A stretch of DNA of 64,000 bases from a candidate division WWE3 bacterium (lineage in GTDB: Bacteria > Patescibacteriota > WWE3 > UBA101185 > UBA10185): NCBI GenBank assembly GCA_014729135.1, contig WJKK01000001.1:730919-794918 (forward strand), in the 5' to 3' direction. Position numbers and translations under genes: made by a program. Of this stretch, positions 27,411 to 36,971 are shown one piece after another. A model generated the notes under the pieces. It was given only the letters and a program-made list of their open reading frames with translations. It searched no databases and had not been told where the DNA came from. Numbering within the stretch: position 1 is the stretch's first letter; each line of letters begins with the position of its first letter.

Positions 27411-27481
27411 TAAAGTGTTCTCAATTTTAAAGTAGTCTCGGATAGCGTTTAAAACTTGGCATCCCCATATCAAAGAACCGG

Positions 27482-27991
27482 CTACAAACTCAAGTCAGTC
27501 CCAATCTCATATAAACCGGGAGAAACTCCACCATCAAGACGCATTTTGTTAGCATTATCCGCCGACTCCAAAGGCACGCTCAACTTAAACTTTTGAGTTT
27601 GACCATTTGCCACAAATTCATAAACATAAGGCTTCTCGTTAAGGGAATCTATGGGCAATTGATTCAAATATTTACGCAATCCGGGAGTTTCCTCCATAAC
27701 ATTAAACTTTACCCAGCCTTTTCCATCCACTTTAAAAGAACCGGTTAAAGTGGTGCAACTATCACAATCTGAAGTATCCTCCAAGGTAATAAGCTCTTCT
27801 GCCAAGGAAAGCTGCAAGGCCTTGTTAAGTTCATCCAAATCCTGGATTCTTTCGGCATCTCGACTTTTTGCAAGAATTGCCTGCGGATCTATGGCTACAA
27901 AGAGTATTCCGGTTATTGCCACCGCAACTCCTAAAACAATTATTAATTCGGGAAGTGTGAAGCCGGTCTTTTGGCAGGTTTTTTTATTCAT
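27482..27991 (-). CDS. Type IV pilin / pseudopilin
   Basis: 'KTGFTLPELIIVLGVAVAITGILFVAI'. Start taken at the internal Met (MNKKTCQ). Confidence 0.65.
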   Translation of the reverse strand: MNKKTCQKTGFTLPELIIVLGVAVAITGILFVAIDPQAILAKSRDAERIQDLDELNKALQLSLAEELITLEDTSDCDSCTTLTGSFKVDGKGWVKFNVMEETPGLRKYLNQLPIDSLNEKPYVYEFVANGQTQKFKLSVPLESADNANKMRLDGGVSPGLYEIGTDLSL

Positions 27992-28034
27992 ACACCTAGT
28001 ATAACAAAGTAGAAAAGTAGGACGGAAAAGAGTT

Positions 28035-28101
28035 AGGCTGTGTTTCTTTCGAACGAATTTTGGCGTACTCGCCAACCTGAGAGAGAAAGAACATACAGCC
28101 T
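28035..28101. repeat. Long imperfect hairpin between pilC and pilin gene
   Basis: aggctgtgtttctttc (28035-28050) / gaaagaacatacagcct (28085-28101), with a 34-nt loop. Confidence 0.4.
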
Positions 28102-28136
28102 AACTCGCCCCCTTGCACTACTCCCAGCTTAAAAAA

Positions 28137-29339
28137 CTAAATTGAAGTAGTAATATTATAAATCGGCGTAATAATCGAAACAATCAAAAGCCCCACCATA
28201 CTTCCCAATAAAACCAAAATAATCGGCTCCAAAGCAGCCGACAAATTCTCGATAGCCGAATTCGTCTCACCCTCATAATAATCAGCCACCCTACCCAAAA
28301 CCTCATCCATCTTACCCGTCTCCTCACCAACTCCCGCCATCTGCCCCAACAAAGCCGGAAAATTCTTATTCCCTCTAAAAAAGTCTGACAAAGAATTGCC
28401 CCGCTCCACATACTCCGCTGCATCCAGGGAAGCCTGCTTTAAATCGTGACTGTTAACAACCGAAGAAACGATGTTAAGCGACTCCACAATTGGAATAGCC
28501 GAGTTAATAAGCAAACTCAGTGTACGAGCAAAAGAAGTAATTTCTTTATTCCTATTAATCTTCCCAAAGACCGGAAGCTTGAAGCCAATTTCAGATAAAA
28601 GCTTCTTTCCATAATCGGTATTCTTAAAATAGCGAAGTGAAACCATAACAGCTCCAATAATTAACAGCAACAAAGCCGTATGCCCCGTCATAAAGTCAGA
28701 AATTGCAATCATAACCTTAGTGGGCAAGGGGAGGGGAACATCTAGATCTTTGTACATGTCCGTTAACTGCGGCACAACCACAATCATCATTAAAATGAAA
28801 ACACCAACCATTGCCAACATAACAATCGCCGGATAAATCATGGCTCCCTTAAACTTAGACTTTAATTCGCGCTCAGCCTCCATTGTTGAGGCCAGGCGCT
28901 TTAAAACAGTGTGCAAATTTCCTGAAGCCTCACCTGCACGTACCAATGCCTGATAAGTGTTAGAAAAAATGTTGGGATACTTTGCAAAGGAATCTGAAAG
29001 GGACAAACCTCCCTCAACATCCCGCAAAATGTTAGAAAGCACCTTGCGAAACTTGTAATTGTCAGTCTGACCGATTAGAACCTCTAAAGATCGCGACAGA
29101 GGCAATCCGGCTGAAATCATTGTAGAAAACTGACGCGTAAAAGTAACAACTTGATCCGTTGGGACCCCTCTAAAAGATAAAATAGACTTTAAAACATCGC
29201 CTTGAGACTTTTCCAAATTAACAATAAAAAGATCCTCCTCCTTTAAAAGTCCAACAGCACCTTCCTTTGTTTTTGCATCAACGGTTCCTGATTTTTTCTT
29301 GCCCTCATGATCTAGGGCAGTGTATTTATATACGGGCAT
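28137..29339 (-). CDS. pilC: Type IV pilus inner-membrane platform protein PilC (GspF family)
   Basis: 400 aa with two GspF repeats and three TM segments. Confidence 0.8.
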   Translation of the reverse strand: MPVYKYTALDHEGKKKSGTVDAKTKEGAVGLLKEEDLFIVNLEKSQGDVLKSILSFRGVPTDQVVTFTRQFSTMISAGLPLSRSLEVLIGQTDNYKFRKVLSNILRDVEGGLSLSDSFAKYPNIFSNTYQALVRAGEASGNLHTVLKRLASTMEAERELKSKFKGAMIYPAIVMLAMVGVFILMMIVVVPQLTDMYKDLDVPLPLPTKVMIAISDFMTGHTALLLLIIGAVMVSLRYFKNTDYGKKLLSEIGFKLPVFGKINRNKEITSFARTLSLLINSAIPIVESLNIVSSVVNSHDLKQASLDAAEYVERGNSLSDFFRGNKNFPALLGQMAGVGEETGKMDEVLGRVADYYEGETNSAIENLSAALEPIILVLLGSMVGLLIVSIITPIYNITTSI

Positions 29340-29351
29340 AAACTTCTTTTT

Positions 29352-30410
29352 TTACTTTAGCAAGCGCCTAACCTGATCCGGCTTATTTGTAAAGCGCAGC
29401 GCTTTATCGGGATCAACTAATCCTTGCTCTATTAAGGTAGCCAAGCTTCTTTCGAGGGAGGTCATGCCTACATTGGAGCTTGTATGGATTACGTTGTCAA
29501 TTTGCTCAAATTTACCTTCACGAATTAGGTTACGAACTGCAGAAGAACCCAGCAAAATTTCAGTAGCCGGGTAAATTTCACCGGATTTAGTAGGCACTAA
29601 GCGCAACGAAACCACAGCTTCTATAATGGCTGCAAACTGAGACTGGATCCCTCCATGTTTATCCTGAGGGAACACGTTAATTATTCGCTCAACTGTTTGA
29701 GAGGCCGAATTCGTATGCAGCGTGGCAAAAACCAGGTGACCTGTTTCCGCAATCCGCAAAGCTGCCGAAACCGTTTCGCGGTCACGCATCTCTCCAATAA
29801 AAACGACGTTAGGATCCTGACGCAAAACTGACTTTAAAGCATTATCCCAAGAAGCTGTATCCACAAAAAGCTCCCGCTGCTCCACTAAAGACTGCTTGTT
29901 ATTAAAAATGTACTCAATGGGATCCTCCAAAGTAATAATATGCTCGGCACGATTTTCGTTAATTTTGTCAATAATTGCAGCTATTGTAGTAGACTTTCCA
30001 TGACCTGCGGGACCTACCACTAAAATCATCCCTTGCTTTAATTCTGCAAGCTGGGAAATGCTTGGCGGAAGATTTAACTCCTCTAAGGAAGGAACTACAT
30101 TAGGAATGTAACGCATTGCAACGGAGGGGTAGCCCTTTTGATAAAAGGCGTTAACTCTAAAACGGGCTTTCTTCCCTAAAGCCACCGAAAAATCAAGCTC
30201 TTTGCTAACCTCCAAAATATCCAACTGATCTTGATCCAAAACTTGCGCCAAAAAGGCGTTAACGTCCTCTATGGTTAGCTGCGAATAACCCGGAAGCTTT
30301 TGCAATTGGCGATTCACACGCACCGTGGGCTCTGACCCAACAACAATATGAAGGTCCGAAGCCTCCACGTTTACAACTTCATCTAAAATCTTTGATGCAT
30401 TAAAACTCAT
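29352..30410 (-). CDS. pilT: Twitching-motility retraction ATPase PilT
   Basis: 352 aa. 'GPAGHGKSTT' Walker A and 'FIGEMRD' follow the PilT/GspE family pattern at PilT length. Confidence 0.8.
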   Translation of the reverse strand: MSFNASKILDEVVNVEASDLHIVVGSEPTVRVNRQLQKLPGYSQLTIEDVNAFLAQVLDQDQLDILEVSKELDFSVALGKKARFRVNAFYQKGYPSVAMRYIPNVVPSLEELNLPPSISQLAELKQGMILVVGPAGHGKSTTIAAIIDKINENRAEHIITLEDPIEYIFNNKQSLVEQRELFVDTASWDNALKSVLRQDPNVVFIGEMRDRETVSAALRIAETGHLVFATLHTNSASQTVERIINVFPQDKHGGIQSQFAAIIEAVVSLRLVPTKSGEIYPATEILLGSSAVRNLIREGKFEQIDNVIHTSSNVGMTSLERSLATLIEQGLVDPDKALRFTNKPDQVRRLLK

Positions 30411-30419
30411 ATTATTTTG

Positions 30420-32192
30420 CTATTTTGCTACTCGCATTACCTCCTCGAGAGTGGTGGTACCCTCTAAAACTCTTAAAACACCGTCTTGCTGCAAACTAAG
30501 CATTCCCTCTGCCTGCGCCTGCTGATGCAACTTTCCGGCGGAGGCGTGGTCTAAAACAAGCTCCGACAAGGCCTCACTCATCGACAAAACCTCAAAAATT
30601 CCAACTCGCCCGGAATAGCCCGTGCCATTACACTCGTCGCAACCCTTACCTCGATATAACTTAATATCATTATTACGCAACTTTTTTAATGATTCAATTA
30701 ATTGCTTATCTTTTGACTGCGAAAGGAGTTTTGACTCTTCCATACCATGCATAATACCTTTAATCTGCTGCTTTACTTCCTCGGGAGGATCTATTTCAGT
30801 TTTACAAACGGGGCAAATTCTACGAACAAGGCGCTGAGCAACAATGGCGTTTACTGTGGACACCAGTAGGTAGTCCTCAATGTCCATGTCAAGCAACCGT
30901 GGAAGCGCACCTGCGGAGGAGTTGGTGTGCAGCGTTGCCAGTACCATGTGACCTGTTAGTGCAGCATGAATTGCCAGTTCCGCAGTTTCACCGTCGCGAA
31001 TCTCACCGACCATGATGACGTTAGGGTCCTGACGAAGGAAGGCGCGAAGGCCGTTTGCAAATGTAAGCCCGGCTTGCGGATTCACCTGCACCTGATTAAC
31101 TCCCGGTATTCTAATTTCTACCGGATCCTCCAGCGTCATGATGTTAACACGCACTGTGTTTAGCTTGTTAAGCGCGGCTGCCAGCGTTACGGTTTTACCG
31201 GAGCTTGTGGGGCCTGTTACCAGAAGCATTCCTGTGGGTTTCAAGATAGCTTCTTCTACACGCTTTAATGAAAGCCCGCGCAATCCCAAATCCTTAAAGG
31301 AGTGAACAGAGCCCTCATCCTGCAAAAGTCGAATAACAACTTTTTCCCCGTTTACTGTAGGCAAAGTGGAAACACGCAAGTCCGTGGCCGTATCACCTAC
31401 TTGAACTTTAAAACGGCCGTCTAAAGGTTTGCGCTTTTCATCCAGCTTCATGTTGGCTAAAATCTTTATGCGAGCAACTACCGGATCATGCATCTGCTTA
31501 GGAAGCGTGCGCTTTTCCTCAAGAACACCATCAATTCGGTAACGCAATCTGGTGCTATCCTCATGCGGTTCAATGTGAATGTCGGAGGCTCCTGTTTTTA
31601 CAGCGGTCTCTAAAATCATGCCCACAATCCTTGCAATAGGAGCATCCCGAAGTGTTGCTGTAGATATCTCCTCGCTGGTTTCATCCAGTTTTAAAGTAGT
31701 TTGATTGATTTCCTCAAGGGCAGCGCTTATTTCCTCGCCAATGGCCCTCCCTTGTAAGTCGCCTAAAACATGAGAAATCTCCCCAGGAGTTGTTATGAAA
31801 GGCTTAACATGAACGTTCTCCTTTTTTTCTATGAACTCTATTGTGGGAAGATCCAGGGGATCCACCATTGCCAGTGAGAGCTTATTTTTTTCTTTGTCAT
31901 ACTCAAAGGGAATGACTTGCTGATTTTTTGCAAGGTCAATGGTTACGTAGTCCATTAGGGAAGGGTCTATTTCCTTGTCACGAAGCGATACAAAAGGAAT
32001 GCCGTAGGATTCACCGTAAGCTTTAATGAAGTCTAGTTCTGAAACGTAGTTGTGCTCTTTAATTATTTGGGTAACGGGTTTTCCGGTGTTAATGTTTTCA
32101 AATTTTATAGCCGAAAGTTGATCGTCGGTGATGAGTTCTTTATCGTGAAGGATGTCTTCAATTGATTTTGTGTCGGTTAGTTGAGTAGGCAT
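30420..32192 (-). CDS. pilB: Type IV pilus assembly ATPase PilB (GspE family)
   Basis: 590 aa. 'VTGPTSSGKT' Walker A, 'MVGEIRD', tetracysteine 'CPVCK...CDECNGTG'. Confidence 0.8.
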   Translation of the reverse strand: MPTQLTDTKSIEDILHDKELITDDQLSAIKFENINTGKPVTQIIKEHNYVSELDFIKAYGESYGIPFVSLRDKEIDPSLMDYVTIDLAKNQQVIPFEYDKEKNKLSLAMVDPLDLPTIEFIEKKENVHVKPFITTPGEISHVLGDLQGRAIGEEISAALEEINQTTLKLDETSEEISTATLRDAPIARIVGMILETAVKTGASDIHIEPHEDSTRLRYRIDGVLEEKRTLPKQMHDPVVARIKILANMKLDEKRKPLDGRFKVQVGDTATDLRVSTLPTVNGEKVVIRLLQDEGSVHSFKDLGLRGLSLKRVEEAILKPTGMLLVTGPTSSGKTVTLAAALNKLNTVRVNIMTLEDPVEIRIPGVNQVQVNPQAGLTFANGLRAFLRQDPNVIMVGEIRDGETAELAIHAALTGHMVLATLHTNSSAGALPRLLDMDIEDYLLVSTVNAIVAQRLVRRICPVCKTEIDPPEEVKQQIKGIMHGMEESKLLSQSKDKQLIESLKKLRNNDIKLYRGKGCDECNGTGYSGRVGIFEVLSMSEALSELVLDHASAGKLHQQAQAEGMLSLQQDGVLRVLEGTTTLEEVMRVAK

Positions 32193-32310
32193 AGGCAGTT
32201 TGTGTTTTAGACTGAGTTAATGATAGCACACCCGAAAAGGAATAGGCTTCTTAGGTAAATGAGAGCGAAGCGATCATTTAGCTATGCTGGCCCTTAAATT
32301 GAGAGATAAC

Positions 32311-32340
32311 AAAAAAGCCCTCGTATAAACGAGAGCTTTT
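32311..32340 (-). terminator. Rho-independent terminator on minus strand
   Basis: Minus strand reads agctctcg-tttata-cgagggct, then TTTTTT. Confidence 0.5.
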
Positions 32341-32396
32341 GTGCCTCTGCCCGAGCTTCTAAGAAGTTCGAGATTGGCGGACATTGAGATGTGTTT

Positions 32397-32425
32397 ATTG
32401 TACAACCGGCATGCTAAGGTGTCAA
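32397..32425 (-). promoter_or_regulatory. Near-consensus sigma70 promoter on minus strand (TTGACA-17-TACAAT)
   Basis: Minus strand TTGACA (32425-32420), a 17-nt spacer, TACAAT (32402-32397). It would start an ~80-nt transcript ending at the 32311-32340 terminator. Confidence 0.45.
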
Positions 32426-32446
32426 GGAAAAAAGGAATTTAAAATG

Positions 32447-32518
32447 TGGTGGAGATGACGGGGATCGAACCCGCCCGGCAGAGTCTCAATGTCCACCTAT
32501 CCACCATGGATCATCCCC
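32447..32518 (-). ncRNA. tRNA-like element (72 nt) without a canonical anticodon arm
   Basis: Minus strand GGGGATG...GCGGG-TTCGATC-CCCGT-CATCTCC-A-CCA. It has a 7-bp acceptor stem with G3-U70, a consensus T-arm, discriminator A and encoded CCA. No 5-bp anticodon stem can be drawn. Confidence 0.45.
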
Positions 32519-32682
32519 ACACACATACTATTTATAACAAAATGCATTAGGCAATAAAAGAGGGAATATTCTAGTTAGAATAGCCAAAAACCGACAGAAA
32601 CCACTGGCAAGCAATGCAGATCTCCAGTTAAATAGAACATACCTCAAAACAGCTTCCTCAATAGATCTGCTAATATCTAAAT

Positions 32683-33390
32683 GTGACACAAAAAAGCAAC
32701 TCAAAAAGTCCAACTCAAATCCTAAAAGGTACAATTTTAATTCATGGAGGAAGCGCCGCCTCCAGAGAAAAAGGGATCACTAAAATCTTAAAAAACGCTC
32801 AAGTAGACACCTCCCAAATAAAAAACAATCCCGATATTAAAATTCTTAAAAATAAAAAGGGTAAAAAAAGCATTGGAATAGGGCAGGTAAGGCAGGCTAT
32901 AAAATTTTTAAGTCAAAAGCCTTACATGTCACGGCGCAAGTTTGTAATTGTTAAAAATGCACATTTTCTAACACGGCAGGCACAAAACTCCTTTTTAAAA
33001 ACGCTGGAAGAACCTCCACAATATGCCACGCTCATTTTGGAGACTGCTAATAAAAAGGAGCTTTTGGATACCATTCTTTCGCGCTGTCAACAAATTAAGA
33101 TTGCTCCGGCAGCAAGAGAAGTAGAGCAGGCGCAAGCTTTGCCAAAAATTAAGCGTCTCTCTTTGGGTAAAAAAATGGAGTTAGCGGAGAAATTGGCAAA
33201 AAAATCTCATACGGAGGTGGCTTCGCTTTTGGAAAGGTGGATTGAGAGTGAACGTGCTTTGTTGAGGGAGTCATCGCAAGAGGATGTTATAAAAAATCTT
33301 AAGGTTTTAGAGCAGGTCCGCCAGGATTTAACAAGTACTAATGTGAACTTGCAGTTAGCCCTGGAATTTTTGCTTTTGAAGTTAAAATAG
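32683..33390 (+). CDS. holB: DNA polymerase III delta-prime subunit (clamp-loader AAA+)
   Basis: 'AQNSFLKTLEEPPQYATLILET' and 'LLDTILSRCQ' are delta-prime motifs. Confidence 0.7.
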   Translation: MTQKSNSKSPTQILKGTILIHGGSAASREKGITKILKNAQVDTSQIKNNPDIKILKNKKGKKSIGIGQVRQAIKFLSQKPYMSRRKFVIVKNAHFLTRQAQNSFLKTLEEPPQYATLILETANKKELLDTILSRCQQIKIAPAAREVEQAQALPKIKRLSLGKKMELAEKLAKKSHTEVASLLERWIESERALLRESSQEDVIKNLKVLEQVRQDLTSTNVNLQLALEFLLLKLK

Positions 33391-33539
33391 CCTTCATTTA
33401 CCTTTATCCTCCTAATAAATTATATAGCTACTTAAACCACGTATCGCATTTTTTATCAAAGTTAACTGGATTTTTCTCCTTAATTTGCTAATATGCTCTT
33501 TAAGGAGAAAACCTTTCGCAATCAACCAAGGAGGAAAGG

Positions 33540-33719
33540 ATGGCGATAGCGACCATAGTCAAAGTAGGCGAGGAATACGTAACAGTTTCCTTCGGCCTAT
33601 CTGAAATTAAGGACATGGAGATAAGAAAAAGTGACCTCACAGGAAAACCCCCTAAAAAAGGGAAACGCGTCGACATTCAGTTTGGAGGTATAACTATTAA
33701 AGAAGCAAAAGTTTTATAA
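33540..33719 (+). CDS. Small hypothetical protein (59 aa)
   Basis: RBS 'caaggaggaaagg' directly before the ATG. Translation MAIATIVKVGEEYVTVSFGLSEIKDMEIRKSDLTGKPPKKGKRVDIQFGGITIKEAKVL. Missing from the ORF track. Confidence 0.35.
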   Translation: MAIATIVKVGEEYVTVSFGLSEIKDMEIRKSDLTGKPPKKGKRVDIQFGGITIKEAKVL

Positions 33720-34011
33720 AAAACCGCCAAAAGGAAAGTACCGGTAGCAGGTTTGTGAGCGATTTAATCGCAAATCTGCTGCCGGTACCAAAAACTCCTC
33801 TAAATTACTCCATTTTTATTGAAAAACTCGAAACAACTGCCAACACACCACTCCGTAAAACAACCAAACTCGCTAAAAACACACAACTAAACCACTTTAA
33901 AACAACCCCTCCCAAATTTTTCAAGGAAAAACAACCAAAAAGTTGAAATGGTATGTTTTATCCCTTAGAATACAAAAGTCGTAGGAGGAGTGCTTTAAAA
34001 AACAAATAAAC

Positions 34012-35997
34012 ATGCCAAAAAACAACAAACCCAAAAACCTAGGAGACTACAGCGCAGATCAAATCCAAGTACTGGAAGGCTTAGACCCCGTACGCAAACG
34101 CCCCGGAATGTACATCGGCTCAACAGGCCAATCCGGACTCCACCACCTGGTAACCGAAATCGTCAACAACTCCATGGATGAGGCCATTGCCGGATATGCC
34201 GACCACATCAAAGTCGAATTCTTTAAAAACGGATCCGTTGCAGTTTACGACAACGGAAGGGGAGTGCCCTACGAAATAAAAGAAGCCTATGGAGTTTCAG
34301 CTTTAGAACTAGCTTTCACCAAACTTCACGCGGGAGGTAAATTCGGGGGAGGGGGCTACAAAGTCTCCAGTGGATTGCACGGCGTAGGATCCTCCGTAGT
34401 AAACGCCCTATCCGACTGGATGCGCGTTGTAGTTAAGCGCAACGAAGAAACCGTATTGCAAGAATACAAAGACGGGGGAGAACCAACAAATCCTTTACAT
34501 GAATGGGACCCTAAAAATCCTACAGAACTTGACAAAAAAACGTGGGATATAGCCCCGGAAAAATGGGACTACGAATCAGGAACCATTGTCCACTTTAAGC
34601 CCAGCGATAAAACCTTTGAAACCACAGACTTTAAGTACGACTTTTTTATAGACCAAATTAGAGAATACGCCTACCTAACAGCCGGAATAAAATTTGAACT
34701 TATAGATCATCGCGATGATAAACAGTATGCCTTTTACTTTGAAGATGGTATTAAAGCCTTTTTAAAATCACTAAATCGAAATAAAAAAATTATAAACGAT
34801 GACATTTTTTATGTTCACGACGAAGAAGACGATGTAGAAGTGGAAATAGCTTTGCAATACAACAACTCCTATGCTGAAAACGTTTTAACTTTTGCAAACC
34901 ACATAAAAACAAACGAAGGAGGGACCCACCTAACCGGCTTTAGATCTGCCTTAACTAGGACAATTAACGGCTATGCTCGTGAGAAAGAGCTTCTAAAAGA
35001 AAAAGACCCCAATTTATCCTCAAACGACCTGCGAGAAGGTTTAACGGCAATTGTTTCCGTTAAGTTGAATTCTGATGAATTGCAATTTGAAGGCCAAACT
35101 AAGGGGAAGCTAGGCAACTCCAATGTTAGAGGAGTTGTGGAAAGTATTATGCGCAAGGGGTTGGAAACGTATTTGGAAGAGCATCCTTCTGAAGCTGAAA
35201 AGATTATTAAGAAGAATGTTTTAGCTTTGCGTGCAAGAATAGCTGCAAAAGCTGCTCGCCAGACGGTTTTGCGAAAGAGCGTTTTGGAGGGTGGGGGAGT
35301 GCTACCCGGAAAATTAACCGACTGCCGAACTAAGAAACCTGAAAAAGCAGAGCTGTTCATTGTCGAGGGTGATTCCGCGGGAGGTCCGGCTAAACAAGGA
35401 CGCGATCGAGAGTATCAAGCAGTTTTGGCATTGTTTGGTAAGGTTTTAAACACGGAGCGTGCACGTTTAAGCCGAATTGTTTCCTCGGTTAAGTTTAAAG
35501 ACCTGATTATTGCTATTGGCGCAGGGATTGGGGAGCATTACGACCCTGAAAGCCTTAGGTACCACAAGCTAATCATCATGGCAGACGCCGACTCCGATGG
35601 AATGCACATTATGACGCTCTACCTGACCTTTTTCTATCGCCATATGAAAGAGTTGGTGGATAACGGCCATGTTTATGTAGCTGTGCCCCCTCTATTTAAA
35701 GCCACGTGGGGAAAGAATAAGAAATATCTTTTTGACAAGGAGGAGCGGGATGCTTTTGTGAAGACTCCGGAAGGAAAGAAGGCTATTATTCAGCGGTTTA
35801 AAGGTTTGGGAGAGATGAATGCGCAGGAGTTGTGGGAGACTACAATGAATCCTGAAACTCGACGGCTAAAGCAAATGACCGTGGAGGATGCTGCTAAAGC
35901 GGATGAGGTGTTTACAACGTTGATGGGTAGGCGAGTCCCTCCAAGGAAGCGCTTTATTCAGACGCATGCTAAGCAGGCTAATATTGATATTACTTAA
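34012..35997 (+). CDS. gyrB: DNA gyrase subunit B
   Basis: GHKL ATPase motifs ('LHHLVTEIVNNSMDEA', 'GLHGVGSSVVNALS'). Toprim 'EGDSAGG' and 'PLFK...GLGEM'. Confidence 0.9.
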   Translation: MPKNNKPKNLGDYSADQIQVLEGLDPVRKRPGMYIGSTGQSGLHHLVTEIVNNSMDEAIAGYADHIKVEFFKNGSVAVYDNGRGVPYEIKEAYGVSALELAFTKLHAGGKFGGGGYKVSSGLHGVGSSVVNALSDWMRVVVKRNEETVLQEYKDGGEPTNPLHEWDPKNPTELDKKTWDIAPEKWDYESGTIVHFKPSDKTFETTDFKYDFFIDQIREYAYLTAGIKFELIDHRDDKQYAFYFEDGIKAFLKSLNRNKKIINDDIFYVHDEEDDVEVEIALQYNNSYAENVLTFANHIKTNEGGTHLTGFRSALTRTINGYAREKELLKEKDPNLSSNDLREGLTAIVSVKLNSDELQFEGQTKGKLGNSNVRGVVESIMRKGLETYLEEHPSEAEKIIKKNVLALRARIAAKAARQTVLRKSVLEGGGVLPGKLTDCRTKKPEKAELFIVEGDSAGGPAKQGRDREYQAVLALFGKVLNTERARLSRIVSSVKFKDLIIAIGAGIGEHYDPESLRYHKLIIMADADSDGMHIMTLYLTFFYRHMKELVDNGHVYVAVPPLFKATWGKNKKYLFDKEERDAFVKTPEGKKAIIQRFKGLGEMNAQELWETTMNPETRRLKQMTVEDAAKADEVFTTLMGRRVPPRKRFIQTHAKQANIDIT

Positions 35998-36024
35998 GGT
36001 AGAATAGGAAATCGAAAGGACTTT

Positions 36025-36969
36025 ATGATGAAAATTTACATAACAGGACACAAATCACCGGATTTAGATAGTGTAGTTGCAGCAATTGCTTATACGGAAC
36101 TTTTGAAAAAAACGGACAAATATTCCAAGGCAGATCTAATTCCAACAATTCCCGGGGAAATTAATAAGGAAACAGAATTTGTTCTAGATAAATTTGAAGT
36201 AAAAATGCCTGACTCTCTGGATAAGTTAGATATAGAACCTGAAGCAGCGTTTATCCTGGTCGATCATAACGAAGAATCCCAAAGACATGAAGAAACAGAA
36301 GGGCACACAGTGCTGGAAATCATAGACCACCATAAAGTAAATCTAAATTTTGCTTCACCCCTGCAAATAAATATAAAGCCTTTAGGATCAACCTCCTCAA
36401 TAATTTATCAACTCTTTAAACGAGAGGGAATCAACCCCTCTAAAAAAGTAAAAGAACTACTTTTGAGTGCTATTTTATCTGACACACAGGGACTTAAATC
36501 AAGCACTACAACCGGAATAGACTCGGAAATTGCACATGAATTGGCTGACGATCTGAAAATGGAGCTTGATAAGCTTACATTTGAAATCTTTAGGGCTAAA
36601 TCGGATATTACAGGGCTCTCGGCACAGGAAATTACTAAAAAAGACTATAAAACTTTCCAGTTTGGCGAGCATGAAGTATTCATTAATCAAATTGAAACGG
36701 TAGAACCCGAGAAGGTTCTTGATATGAAAGAAAACCTTATCAAGGAACTAGAAGAAGTGAAAACGGAGCTGGGCTTGAGTACGGGATATATTGTTATAAC
36801 GGACATTCTGGAAGTTAACTCTCACGTTATTTACAGTAATGAAACTGAAAAAGAAATTTTGGAAGAGGCCTTTACAGCAGAAGGAAAAGATGGAATAGCT
36901 GATATAGGACCTCGTATGAGTCGTAAAAAGGACATTGCACCTGCAATAGAAAAAGTTCTTACACAATAA
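36025..36969 (+). CDS. ppaC: DHH/DHHA2 family II manganese-dependent inorganic pyrophosphatase
   Basis: '[18 protein letters not shown]', 'LVDHNE', 'IIDHH', 'LSAILSDT' match the family II PPase layout at about 310 aa. Confidence 0.65.
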   Translation: MMKIYITGHKSPDLDSVVAAIAYTELLKKTDKYSKADLIPTIPGEINKETEFVLDKFEVKMPDSLDKLDIEPEAAFILVDHNEESQRHEETEGHTVLEIIDHHKVNLNFASPLQINIKPLGSTSSIIYQLFKREGINPSKKVKELLLSAILSDTQGLKSSTTTGIDSEIAHELADDLKMELDKLTFEIFRAKSDITGLSAQEITKKDYKTFQFGEHEVFINQIETVEPEKVLDMKENLIKELEEVKTELGLSTGYIVITDILEVNSHVIYSNETEKEILEEAFTAEGKDGIADIGPRMSRKKDIAPAIEKVLTQ

Positions 36970-36971
36970 AC

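Noticed and set aside
32528-32734. 68-aa minus-strand ORF
   Set aside because: It overlaps the tRNA-like element's flank and the holB start region. I also tested the downstream ~80-nt sRNA for a tmRNA-type tag frame ending Ala-Ala-stop and found none.
33755-33946. 63-aa ORF upstream of gyrB
   Set aside because: Low-complexity Thr/Lys/Pro translation from an A/C-rich leader. No RBS. Likely the gyrB 5' UTR.
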